Shown here: piece after piece, positions 16,441 through 24,821 of the stretch
How positions within the stretch are numbered: the stretch's first letter is position 1
Layout of the letters: each line of letters starts with the position of its first letter
Assembly (NCBI GenBank): GCA_046152955.1
Contig: JBJXGA010000274.1
Location: 1-29,742, forward strand
Length of the DNA: 29,742 bases
Source of the DNA: Planctomycetales bacterium
Lineage (GTDB): Bacteria; Planctomycetota; Planctomycetia; Planctomycetales; Planctomycetaceae
Direction: 5' to 3'
The notes under the pieces: generated by a model
Databases searched by the model: none
Told to the model about the DNA's origin: nothing
What the model saw: the letters and a program-made list of their open reading frames with translations, nothing else
Made by a program: the position numbers and the translations under genes

Positions 16441-19400
16441 ATGCGAGCGGTTGTTCAATGCGGAATGTTATTCCTGTGTGGACTGCTGGGGGAGTCGGCA
16501 CGGGGTGCCGATCCCGATTTGTTCCGGGACCGCGTCGCGCCGATTTTCGAGCGCCATTGCCTGGCCTGTCATCGGGGAGACAAGCCCAAAGGGGGGCTGT
16601 CGCTGGCCGGGTCACGCGAAGCACAAGCGGGAGGGGACAGCGGAAAAGTCATCGAACCGCTCCAGCCGGAAAACAGCCTGTTGCTCGACGTCATTACGGG
16701 GGACAGTCCCTCCATGCCCAAAGAGGGGCCTCCACTGGCGCCCGATCAGGTGGCTGTGATCCGGCAGTGGATCGCGGCGGGAGCGGATTGGCCGGCCGGG
16801 ATAGCCCTGCGCGATCGGCGACTGGCTGGCGCCGACGACGACTGGTGGTCGCTGCGGCCGCTGCTCGCTCCGTCTGTGCCTGCCGACAATTCTGGTTGGG
16901 CTCGCAATCCAATTGACGGGTTCGTGCTGGCCCGATCGCAGGAGGCGGGGTTGTCCCACGCTCCCGAGGCGGACCGGCGGACGCTCGTGCGGAGGATCAC
17001 CTACGACCTGCACGGCCTTCCCCCGACTCCCGACGAGGTCGAGACGTTCCTGACCGACGAATCGCCGGATGCGCTGGAACGGCTGGTCGATCGTTTGCTC
17101 GCCTCTCCCCATTATGGCGAGCGGTGGGGCAGGCACTGGCTGGACATCGTGCATTATGGAGAATCGCATGGCTATGACAAAGACAAGCCGCGCCCCAATG
17201 CCTGGCCATATCGAGACTACGTGATCGAAGCGTTCAACTCCGACACGCCGTATGTGCGGTTTGTCCAGGAACAACTCGCGGGGGACGTTCTCTTTCCGGG
17301 AGATCCGCGGGGAGTCGTCGCGACCGGTTTCATCGCCGCCGGTCCCTGGGATTTTGTGGGGCACGTCGAACTGGCCGAAGGGACGCTCGATAAGAAAATC
17401 ACCCGCTCCAACGACCGGGACGACATGGTGGCGACCGCCATGTCAACCTTTCAAAGTCTGACGGTGCATTGCGCCCGCTGCCACAATCACAAATTCGATC
17501 CGATCGCCCAGGAGGACTATTACCGCCTGCAGGCGGTCTTTGCCGGAATCGACCGCGCGGACCGACCGTTTGATCCGGACCCCCAGATGTTCGCCCGCCG
17601 TGAGGCGTTGACCAGCGCCCGCGCCTCACTGGAGGCGCGACAACAGGAACTCGCCGCGAAGGTCGCGGCCGTGACGAGCCCCGAAATTCGCGCGACCGAC
17701 GAACGGCTGGCGGAATTGCAGAAGGAGCTGGGAGCGCTCCCCAAACCGGAGGGGCAGTCCAGTCCCACCAATGGCTATCACCGTCAGATTGAAGCGGCTC
17801 CCAATGTCGTCAAGTGGGTCCAGGTGGACTTGGGAGAATCGCGTCCGATCGAGGAGATCCTCCTCATCCCGGCGCGGCCCACCGACTTTCCCGACACGCC
17901 GGGATTCGGCTTCCCTTCCCGATTTCGCGTGGAGCTCAGCGACGACGACGCGTTCGCCCAGCGGCAGGTGGTGCGCGATGAAACCGCAGCAGACTTTCCC
18001 AACCCCGGCGACAAGCCGCTGGTCGTTTCCGTGAAAGAGAGAGTGGCTGCGCGATTTGTGCGTGTCACGGCGACCCGACTTTGGCCCCGGACCAATGATT
18101 TTGTGCTGGCCCTGGGGGAATTGCAGGTCATCTCTCGGAACAAGAACGTCGCGCGGCAAGGCAAGGTGACGGCGCTCGACTCGATCGAAGCGGGACGCTG
18201 GAGCACCCGGCACCTGGTGGATGGTTTCAGCAGCCGCGCTCCCCTGGGAGAAACTGCGCCCTTGTCCAAAGAGCTGGCCCGGCGAGAGGAACTGACACAG
18301 ACGATCGCCCGGCTCACTGCCGCGCGGGGTGAGTTGGTCGATGCGCTCCTGGATCCCGCGCTGCGCGCCGCGGTCCGGTCCGTCGCCGAGCGGAAAACGG
18401 CGCTGGACGAAGAGCTTCAGGCGCTCCCTCAGCCACAGATGGTGTTTGCCGCCGCTAGTGTGTTTAAGGCGACTGGATCGTTCACTCCCGCAACCCGTCC
18501 CCGACCGGTGTACCTTCTGGATCGCGGGAGCGACAAACTCCCCGGCCCGGAAATGCAGGCCGGAGCGCTGTCTTGTCTCGCGGGACTGCCCGGGGTGTTC
18601 GATCTGGGCGATTCGGATACTGAGGGATCGCGTCGCGCCGCGTTGGCGCGGTGGATCACCGACCCGCGCAATCCGCTCACGGCTCGCTCGATCGTCAATC
18701 GCATCTGGCAATACCATTTTGGACGCGGCCTGGTCGATACCCCCAGTGACTTCGGCCACCTGGGGTCGCTTCCCACGCATCACGAGTTGCTCGACTGGCT
18801 GGCGTGTGAACTCGGCGGCCTGGGGTCAGGTTCCGAAACGGATGGGACCGCGCCTGCGTCATCGGACCCCCGCGCAGTTGCCGCGGGGGGGCGCTCGGCC
18901 TGGTCGCTCAAACGGTTGCACAAACTGATCCTGACCAGTGCCACCTACCGCCAGTCTTCGGCAGACAACGAGCGCTGTGCAGCGATCGACTCGGGCAATC
19001 AATGGTTGTGGCGCATGAATCGCCAGCGCCTGGATGCCGAGTCGATCCGAGACGCGGTCGTGGCGGTCAGCGGCAGCCTCGATCAGCAGATGGGGGGCGC
19101 ATCGGTGCAGCAGTTCGTCTTCAAGGATGACCACTCTCCGGTGTACGACTACGAACGCTTTGACGTCAACACCGCCGCGGCGCATCGGCGGAGCGTCTAC
19201 CGGTTCATTGTCCGCAGCGTTCCCGACCCGCTGATGGAATGCCTGGACGCTGCCGATCCATCGCTGCTCACACCGCAGCGCAACACGACGCTCACTCCCC
19301 TGCAGGCGCTGTCGCTGCTCAACAACCAGCTCATGATCCGCCAGGCGGAGCAGTTCGCCGGCCGGCTGCGAACGATCACAACGGACCCCTCCGGTCAGAT

Positions 19401-19542
19401 CGCCGCCGGCTACCAACTGGCCCTGGGGCGTCCCCCGCGCGGGGAAGAACTGGCAACGCTGGTTGAATTCGCTCACCGGCAAGGGCTGGAAGCGCTGTGC
19501 CGGGTGTTGCTCAATAGCAATGAGTTTGTGTTTGTGGACTAG
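16441..19542 (+). CDS. planctomycete PSD-family protein: PSCyt1 (CxxCH cytochrome-c-like) + DUF1549 + F5/8-type-C (discoidin)-like insert + DUF1553
   Basis: Signal peptide. HCLACH heme-binding motif. DUF1549 block NPIDGFV...ASPHYGERWGRHWLD...PYVRFVQEQLAGD. DUF1553 block CARCHNHKFDPIAQEDYY. Discoidin-like segment (aa about 445-595) VVKWVQVDLGESRPIEEILLIP...ARFVRVTATRLWP...LALGELQV. SD GGGGAGGGGAG before the ATG. Confidence 0.85.
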   Translation: MRAVVQCGMLFLCGLLGESARGADPDLFRDRVAPIFERHCLACHRGDKPKGGLSLAGSREAQAGGDSGKVIEPLQPENSLLLDVITGDSPSMPKEGPPLAPDQVAVIRQWIAAGADWPAGIALRDRRLAGADDDWWSLRPLLAPSVPADNSGWARNPIDGFVLARSQEAGLSHAPEADRRTLVRRITYDLHGLPPTPDEVETFLTDESPDALERLVDRLLASPHYGERWGRHWLDIVHYGESHGYDKDKPRPNAWPYRDYVIEAFNSDTPYVRFVQEQLAGDVLFPGDPRGVVATGFIAAGPWDFVGHVELAEGTLDKKITRSNDRDDMVATAMSTFQSLTVHCARCHNHKFDPIAQEDYYRLQAVFAGIDRADRPFDPDPQMFARREALTSARASLEARQQELAAKVAAVTSPEIRATDERLAELQKELGALPKPEGQSSPTNGYHRQIEAAPNVVKWVQVDLGESRPIEEILLIPARPTDFPDTPGFGFPSRFRVELSDDDAFAQRQVVRDETAADFPNPGDKPLVVSVKERVAARFVRVTATRLWPRTNDFVLALGELQVISRNKNVARQGKVTALDSIEAGRWSTRHLVDGFSSRAPLGETAPLSKELARREELTQTIARLTAARGELVDALLDPALRAAVRSVAERKTALDEELQALPQPQMVFAAASVFKATGSFTPATRPRPVYLLDRGSDKLPGPEMQAGALSCLAGLPGVFDLGDSDTEGSRRAALARWITDPRNPLTARSIVNRIWQYHFGRGLVDTPSDFGHLGSLPTHHELLDWLACELGGLGSGSETDGTAPASSDPRAVAAGGRSAWSLKRLHKLILTSATYRQSSADNERCAAIDSGNQWLWRMNRQRLDAESIRDAVVAVSGSLDQQMGGASVQQFVFKDDHSPVYDYERFDVNTAAAHRRSVYRFIVRSVPDPLMECLDAADPSLLTPQRNTTLTPLQALSLLNNQLMIRQAEQFAGRLRTITTDPSGQIAAGYQLALGRPPRGEELATLVEFAHRQGLEALCRVLLNSNEFVFVD

Positions 19543-22500
19543 CTACTCGCGAGTCACGAATTCATCCAGATTCAAAATGATCCTTGCCAGGGCCACTGCG
19601 GCGGCTTGCGGGGCTGATCCCGAATCGGGCGACGCTGAAGACCCCGTGAGGAGCGCGCCGGCTTGGGGGTCGGCGGTCGTGGCTTGCAGGAATTCTTCGT
19701 GCAGCGATTGCAACCGCGCCAGCTCCTGGTCGGTTGGGGGGCGGGCCAGGCACCATTCAAACAGCTCGGCCAGCCGCGCCGTGGGATCCGACGATCCCTC
19801 GCGCATCAATCGCCCCCCCAGCGCCTGGGCGCATTCGAAGAAGACCGGATCGTTGAGCAGCGTCAGCGCCTGAAGCGGGGTGTTGGAGCGCTCGCGGCGG
19901 GTACAGGTGACGTTGGAATCCGGGGCGTCGAACGTCATCAGCATGGGATAGGGACTGGTCCGCTGGAACCAGGTGTACAGCCCGCGTCGATACCGATCGG
20001 CGCCGGCGCTTTCCACCCAGCGGGCGCTTCCGGCATACGTGAGTTCCGAGATTCCAGCCGGTTGCCGGGGACGCACGCTAGGGCCGCCCACGGTCGACAC
20101 GAGCAGACCGCTGGCGGCCAGGTACAAATCGCGGAGCACCTCGGCCTCGACGCGAAATCGATTCTGCCGCGCCAGGAGGACGTTTCGGGGATCGCGCTCA
20201 ATCAATTCGGGCCGGGGGCGCGATGCCTGCCGGTAGGTCGTTGAGAGGACGATTTCGCGAATCATCCGTTTCATGCTCCAGCGGGCCGGACCGACGAATT
20301 CGCTGGCCAGCCAATCGAGCAGTTCGGGATGCGAAGGAAGATCGCCGCGCGTGCCGAAATCGTCCAGGCTGGCCACCAGCGCCTGGCCAAAGAGTTGCTT
20401 CCAGACCCGATTCATCGTGACTCTGGGGGTCAGCGGATTTTCGGGAGCCACCAGCCACCGCGCCAGGTCGAGACGCTGGAGCGCACCGCCAGCGGCTCGG
20501 GCCATTGGCGGGAGAAACTCCGGAGTGTGCGGCGTGACTTCATCTCCCTTGCGTAGAAAGTCCCCCCGCAGATGGATGTGCGTGGCGCGGCGTTGGTCGA
20601 TCTCCACCAGCGTCTGCGCCTTGCTGGCCGGGGGAGCGGGGGCCTGACGGGCATGCTCCGCTTCGGCCTGACGCAGATGGACAAGGTCTGGATCGATCGT
20701 TCCGTAATATCCCTTGAGCGTCGCCAATTGCGCCGGCGTCCGCTGCTCGCTGGAGGTCAACAGAATGGCGACGATTTCATCCGGGATGAATTCGGAGGCC
20801 AAGGGGGGCTTCGCCGTGGTGGCGGAGAGTCGAAATCGTCCCAGCGTCTGACGCTCTCCCTGCTGCTGGTCGATCGTCATTCGCCAGGCAACTCCCGCAC
20901 CACCGGCAGGAGTTGCCAGCTCAAAAACGGCCTGGTGACTGCGCCCGACCTGAGGTGCGATTCCCCAGCCGGACTTCAGGTCCGAGTCGACGGCGGCCTC
21001 TATGCCGAGTTTCTCCTGGGAAAAATCGGCAAACCCGCGCGCCACTGGCAGTGGCAACAGCTCTCCCTCTCCCTGGCGATTCGCGACTCGAAACTCCGAG
21101 ATGACGACGTTTCCCTGCGCGGCACGCCCCGGTCCCTGTCCGGGGAGACTCTTGTCCGGCAACAGTTCCAGGCGAAATGCAGTAATTCCTTCCAGATCGG
21201 TCCGAATCGTCACCGTGTAGCTGTCGGCATCCGGGCCCGGACCGCTGACCAGGTACGATCCATCGGACTGTTTGGCAAACTTGGCCCCCCCTTCAGACAC
21301 GATCGAATCGGGCTGCAGCACGGTCCACACGACCAGCTTCGACCGATCCAGCGCCTGTTCCCAGGCGGCCTGGCGTGTGGGGAGAGATTGCTCTTCGAAC
21401 TCACGGACGGCGGCGACGAAGGGGGCATGCGCGGCGTCATGACGATCCCTGGCCTGTGCATACGCCTCCGCTTCCTGGGGAAGTGGTGCCGGCAAATCCA
21501 CTTCCTGTCCCTGATTGAAGAACGCAAACAGTCCGTAATACTCCCGAAGCGTCAGCGGATCGTACTTGTGCGAGTGACACTGTGCGCAGCCGACTGTCAG
21601 CCCCAGCCAGACGCTGCCGGTGGTGTTCGTCCGGTCCACCACGTTGACCACCCGAAACTCCTCTTTGTCGACTCCCCCTTCAGTGTTGGTCAGAGTGTTG
21701 CGATGAAATCCGGTGGCAATCTTCTGGTCGAGAGTCGCCTCGGCGAGCAAATCCCCGGCGATTTGCTCAATTGTGAATTGATCAAACGGAAGGTCGGCAT
21801 TGATCGCTTCGATCAACCAATGGCGGTAGCGCCAGGCGTGCGGACGGGCGGTGTCCTTTTCGTAGCCGTCGCTGTCGGCGTACCGCGCCAGGTCGAGCCA
21901 ATGGCGTCCCCAGCGCTCTCCAAAGTGCGGCGACGCCAGCATTCGATCGACCAGCCGTTCGTAGGCGTCGGGTGCGTCGTCTTCGAGAAAACTCCGCAGC
22001 TCTTCCCGCGAGGGGGGCAACCCCAGCAGGTCCAGCGACAACCGGCGGGCCAGTGTCGCTCGATCGGCTTCTACCGAAGGGACAATCTGTTCCGCCTCGA
22101 GTCGGGCCAGAACAAAACGGTCAATGGGATTGCGGGGCCACTCGCCACGCGCGACCGCGGGGGGATCAGAGCGGCGTACCGGCTGGAACGACCAGTGTTG
22201 GCCGGAGGCGGATGTGGCTGCCGGCGCCGCGGTCTCCTCCCATTTGGCCCCCTGGTCGATCCAGCCACGGAACAGGCTCACGTCGTCGGAGGTGAGCTTG
22301 GCCCCTTCGGGGGGCATGAGGATGTCGGGATCGAGACCGGCGATGTACCGGATCAACAGGCTCTGCGCGCTCTTGCCGACTTCAAACGCCGCGCCATTGT
22401 CTCCCCCGCGGAGCGCGTCCCCCTCGCGGTCCAGACGCAAACCGGAAAGCTGCTTCTGGGCTCCATGACATTTCAGGCAATGTTTTTCCAGCAGCGGGCG

Positions 22501-22647
22501 AATGTCGCGCGAGAAATCGACGGGCGTCGAAGGGACCGGCGGAAGTTTGGCCGCGTCATCGGCACGCGCGCCGGCTAAGAACACCGTCGCCAGCGCGGCG
22601 ACGATCAGCGTTGATCGGCCCGCGCTGCGAACAGTGAACGGCAACAT
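19543..22647 (-). CDS. planctomycete PSD-family protein: PSCyt1 + DUF1549 + unclassified ~180-aa insert + DUF1553 (paralog)
   Basis: Signal peptide MLPFTVRSAGRSTLIVAALATVFLAGARA. HCLKCH motif. DUF1549 and DUF1553 (CAQCHSHKYDP) blocks. C-terminus LNLDEFVTRE. ATG 22647 is preceded by GGGAG; the track ORF start at 23007 would overlap the DUF1501 gene and is rejected. Confidence 0.8.
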   Translation of the reverse strand: MLPFTVRSAGRSTLIVAALATVFLAGARADDAAKLPPVPSTPVDFSRDIRPLLEKHCLKCHGAQKQLSGLRLDREGDALRGGDNGAAFEVGKSAQSLLIRYIAGLDPDILMPPEGAKLTSDDVSLFRGWIDQGAKWEETAAPAATSASGQHWSFQPVRRSDPPAVARGEWPRNPIDRFVLARLEAEQIVPSVEADRATLARRLSLDLLGLPPSREELRSFLEDDAPDAYERLVDRMLASPHFGERWGRHWLDLARYADSDGYEKDTARPHAWRYRHWLIEAINADLPFDQFTIEQIAGDLLAEATLDQKIATGFHRNTLTNTEGGVDKEEFRVVNVVDRTNTTGSVWLGLTVGCAQCHSHKYDPLTLREYYGLFAFFNQGQEVDLPAPLPQEAEAYAQARDRHDAAHAPFVAAVREFEEQSLPTRQAAWEQALDRSKLVVWTVLQPDSIVSEGGAKFAKQSDGSYLVSGPGPDADSYTVTIRTDLEGITAFRLELLPDKSLPGQGPGRAAQGNVVISEFRVANRQGEGELLPLPVARGFADFSQEKLGIEAAVDSDLKSGWGIAPQVGRSHQAVFELATPAGGAGVAWRMTIDQQQGERQTLGRFRLSATTAKPPLASEFIPDEIVAILLTSSEQRTPAQLATLKGYYGTIDPDLVHLRQAEAEHARQAPAPPASKAQTLVEIDQRRATHIHLRGDFLRKGDEVTPHTPEFLPPMARAAGGALQRLDLARWLVAPENPLTPRVTMNRVWKQLFGQALVASLDDFGTRGDLPSHPELLDWLASEFVGPARWSMKRMIREIVLSTTYRQASRPRPELIERDPRNVLLARQNRFRVEAEVLRDLYLAASGLLVSTVGGPSVRPRQPAGISELTYAGSARWVESAGADRYRRGLYTWFQRTSPYPMLMTFDAPDSNVTCTRRERSNTPLQALTLLNDPVFFECAQALGGRLMREGSSDPTARLAELFEWCLARPPTDQELARLQSLHEEFLQATTADPQAGALLTGSSASPDSGSAPQAAAVALARIILNLDEFVTRE

Positions 22648-22703
22648 GGATGACTCCCGGAAACTGGCGAACGTCATTCGAGGTCGCGGAGGCAAGCGGC
22701 GCG

Positions 22704-24152
22704 CTAGGCCAGGAGCTTCGTCGCCACATTCCCCGCGACGTCGGTCAATCGGTAGTCGCGCCCCTGGAAGCGGAATGTGAGCTTGAGGTGGTCGATCCCC
22801 AAGAGGTGCAGGATTGTCGCCTGCAAGTCGTGGACGTGGACTTTGTCTTTGGTGACGTAATAACCGATCTCGTCCGTTTCGCCGATCGTCTGTCCCCCCT
22901 TGATCCCTCCCCCTGCCAGCCACATCGTATAGCCGTCGATATGGTGGTCGCGACCGAGCATGTCGCGCGGCTCCCCCTGCGGAGTGCGGCCGAATTCGCC
23001 ACCCCACACGACCAGCGTGCTGTCGAGCAGGCCCCGCTGTTTCAAGTCCCGAATCAGTGCGGCTGACGCCTGGTCGACTTCCTGGCAGCGTTCATCCAGA
23101 GACTTTCCCAACTCGGTTCCGGCGTTGCCGTGGTGATCCCAGTCGGTGTGATAGAGCTGTACAAAACGGACGCCGCGCTCGACCAGTCGCCGCGCCAGCA
23201 GGCAGTTGTTGGCGAACGACGGTTTGCCCGGCTGTGCGCCATACATTCCGATGGTCGCGGCGGTCTCCCCCTCCAGGTTCATCAGCTCCGGGGCACTGGA
23301 CTGCATGCGGTACGCCATTTCATAGGCGGCGACGCGGGTTGTGATCTCCGGATCGCCCGTCTCGTCGAGGCGCAGGCGGTTGAGGTCGTTGACCGCATCA
23401 ACGAACTGTTTCTGGCGAATGTGGTCGATTCCGCGGGGATTGGCCAGATTCAGGATTGGCTCGGCACCGGACCGGAACGGAACCCCCTGGTACGAGGTGG
23501 GAAGGAACCCACTGGCCCACAAGGGGGAGCCGCCGCGCGGGCCGCGCGGGCCCGATTGCAATACCACAAACCCCGGCAGATCACGGGACTCGCTGCCGAT
23601 GCCGTAGGTCACCCAGGCTCCCATACTGGGGCGCCCCATGAACTGCGGCGAGCCGGTGTTGACGAACAGCTTGGCCGGCCCGTGATTGAAGACATCGGTC
23701 ACCATGCTTTTGACGATGCACAGATCGTCGACGACGCTCTGCATGTGCGGGAGGGTCTCTCCCAGTTCCGCACCCGACTCGCCGCACTTGACGAATTTGC
23801 GGCTGGTTCCCAGCAACTTCGCATCCTGCTTGATGAACGCAAAGCGTTTGTTCTTCACGTACGATTCGGGAATCTGCTGGCCGTGGAGTTCCTGAAGTTT
23901 GGGTTTGTAGTCGAACAACTCAAGTTGGCTGGGGCCTCCGGCCATGAACAGGAAAATCACGTTCTTGGCTTTGGCCGGAAAATGCCCGTCGCGCGGCGCG
24001 AACGGATTGGCGGCGCGGTCGCCCGTGGCGCCAGCCGCATTCCCCCGATCTCCCAGGAGCGTGCCCAGGGCCAGCGCCCCCAGCCCCAACTTGCAATCCT
24101 GGAAGAAATGCCGCCGCGTCACCTGGCGAAGCAACTGCTGTTCGATGTGCAT
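22704..24152 (-). CDS. DUF1501 family protein with twin-arginine signal
   Basis: MHIEQQLLRQVTRRHFFQDCKLGLGALALGTLLG is a Tat motif. Shares DUF1501 motifs with 2195-3598 (GGEFGRTP, DHH). SD GGAGAG before ATG 24152; the track start at 24206 would overlap Uma2. Confidence 0.8.
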   Translation of the reverse strand: MHIEQQLLRQVTRRHFFQDCKLGLGALALGTLLGDRGNAAGATGDRAANPFAPRDGHFPAKAKNVIFLFMAGGPSQLELFDYKPKLQELHGQQIPESYVKNKRFAFIKQDAKLLGTSRKFVKCGESGAELGETLPHMQSVVDDLCIVKSMVTDVFNHGPAKLFVNTGSPQFMGRPSMGAWVTYGIGSESRDLPGFVVLQSGPRGPRGGSPLWASGFLPTSYQGVPFRSGAEPILNLANPRGIDHIRQKQFVDAVNDLNRLRLDETGDPEITTRVAAYEMAYRMQSSAPELMNLEGETAATIGMYGAQPGKPSFANNCLLARRLVERGVRFVQLYHTDWDHHGNAGTELGKSLDERCQEVDQASAALIRDLKQRGLLDSTLVVWGGEFGRTPQGEPRDMLGRDHHIDGYTMWLAGGGIKGGQTIGETDEIGYYVTKDKVHVHDLQATILHLLGIDHLKLTFRFQGRDYRLTDVAGNVATKLLA

Positions 24153-24175
24153 GGACTCTCCGCTCATGGACTCTC

Positions 24176-24805
24176 TCATTCTCGATGTTCCGACGGTTGT
24201 TTCCAATCGTCGCAGACCGCCAGGAGTTTTCCTAAAGGCAACTCAAACCCCGGCAGTAGCGAAGTGGCGTATGTCTGGTCTCGCGACACAATTTGTTCTT
24301 CAAACCCCAACGAACTGGGGCGAAAAACGGACATGGTCTCCTGAAAGCGATCGATCACCCAATACTCCCGGATCCCCAAGGCCAGGTACTCATCCCGTTT
24401 GTCAACATAGTCCCGCAGGCAATCGCGCCGTCGCCTGGAAACGAATTCCACCACGATCGTCGGAAGGTCGGCATCGAGATTGAATTCGGGCCCATACCCG
24501 GCCCAGATCGCGCGATCGGCCCGGCGCCGACCGTTTTCAACGTGGACATACTCTTCCGCCAGCGTTTTTTGGACGATTCCCGGATGCTGTTCCTGGTAGT
24601 TCCTGATCCAGCGTCCCATTTCCTCATTCGGGTCACGTTCAAACCGGGAGGGAGCGGCATTCACGATCAGCACTCCATTGATCAACTCGTATCGATAGAG
24701 GTCGTTGTAGTCGTCGATCGCATCGAATTCCGCCGGGGTCATCCGGATCCCGTTGTCCCCAGGGCCGATGGCAAATCGCCTTCGCCGCTTCACGATTGTG
24801 CGCAT
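24176..24805 (-). CDS. Uma2-family (DUF820) PD-(D/E)xK putative endonuclease
   Basis: Motifs MTPAEFDAI...YELINGVLIVNAAP...RRADRAIW...DLPTIVVEFVS...GIREYWVID are the Uma2 signature. Strong SD GGAGGT 8 nt before ATG 24805. Overlaps the upstream PSD gene end by 18 nt and sits 23 nt before the DUF1501 start. Confidence 0.75.
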   Translation of the reverse strand: MRTIVKRRRRFAIGPGDNGIRMTPAEFDAIDDYNDLYRYELINGVLIVNAAPSRFERDPNEEMGRWIRNYQEQHPGIVQKTLAEEYVHVENGRRRADRAIWAGYGPEFNLDADLPTIVVEFVSRRRRDCLRDYVDKRDEYLALGIREYWVIDRFQETMSVFRPSSLGFEEQIVSRDQTYATSLLPGFELPLGKLLAVCDDWKQPSEHRE

Positions 24806-24821
24806 GTCATAGACCTCCGTC

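Noticed and set aside
16612-18783. Minus-strand ORFs 16612-17364 and 17626-18783
   Set aside because: Antisense to the PSD gene 16441-19542.
20572-22578. 668-aa + strand ORF
   Set aside because: Lies entirely within the minus-strand PSD gene, whose product has clear conserved domains. Shadow ORF.
19543-23007. Long N-terminal extension (110 aa) of the PSD ORF as given in the track
   Set aside because: The extension is Arg/Gly-rich and non-signal-like, overlaps the DUF1501 gene, and has no SD. The internal ATG 22647 has GGGAG and yields a canonical signal peptide.
23130-24344. 404-aa + strand ORF
   Set aside because: Antisense to the DUF1501 and Uma2 genes.
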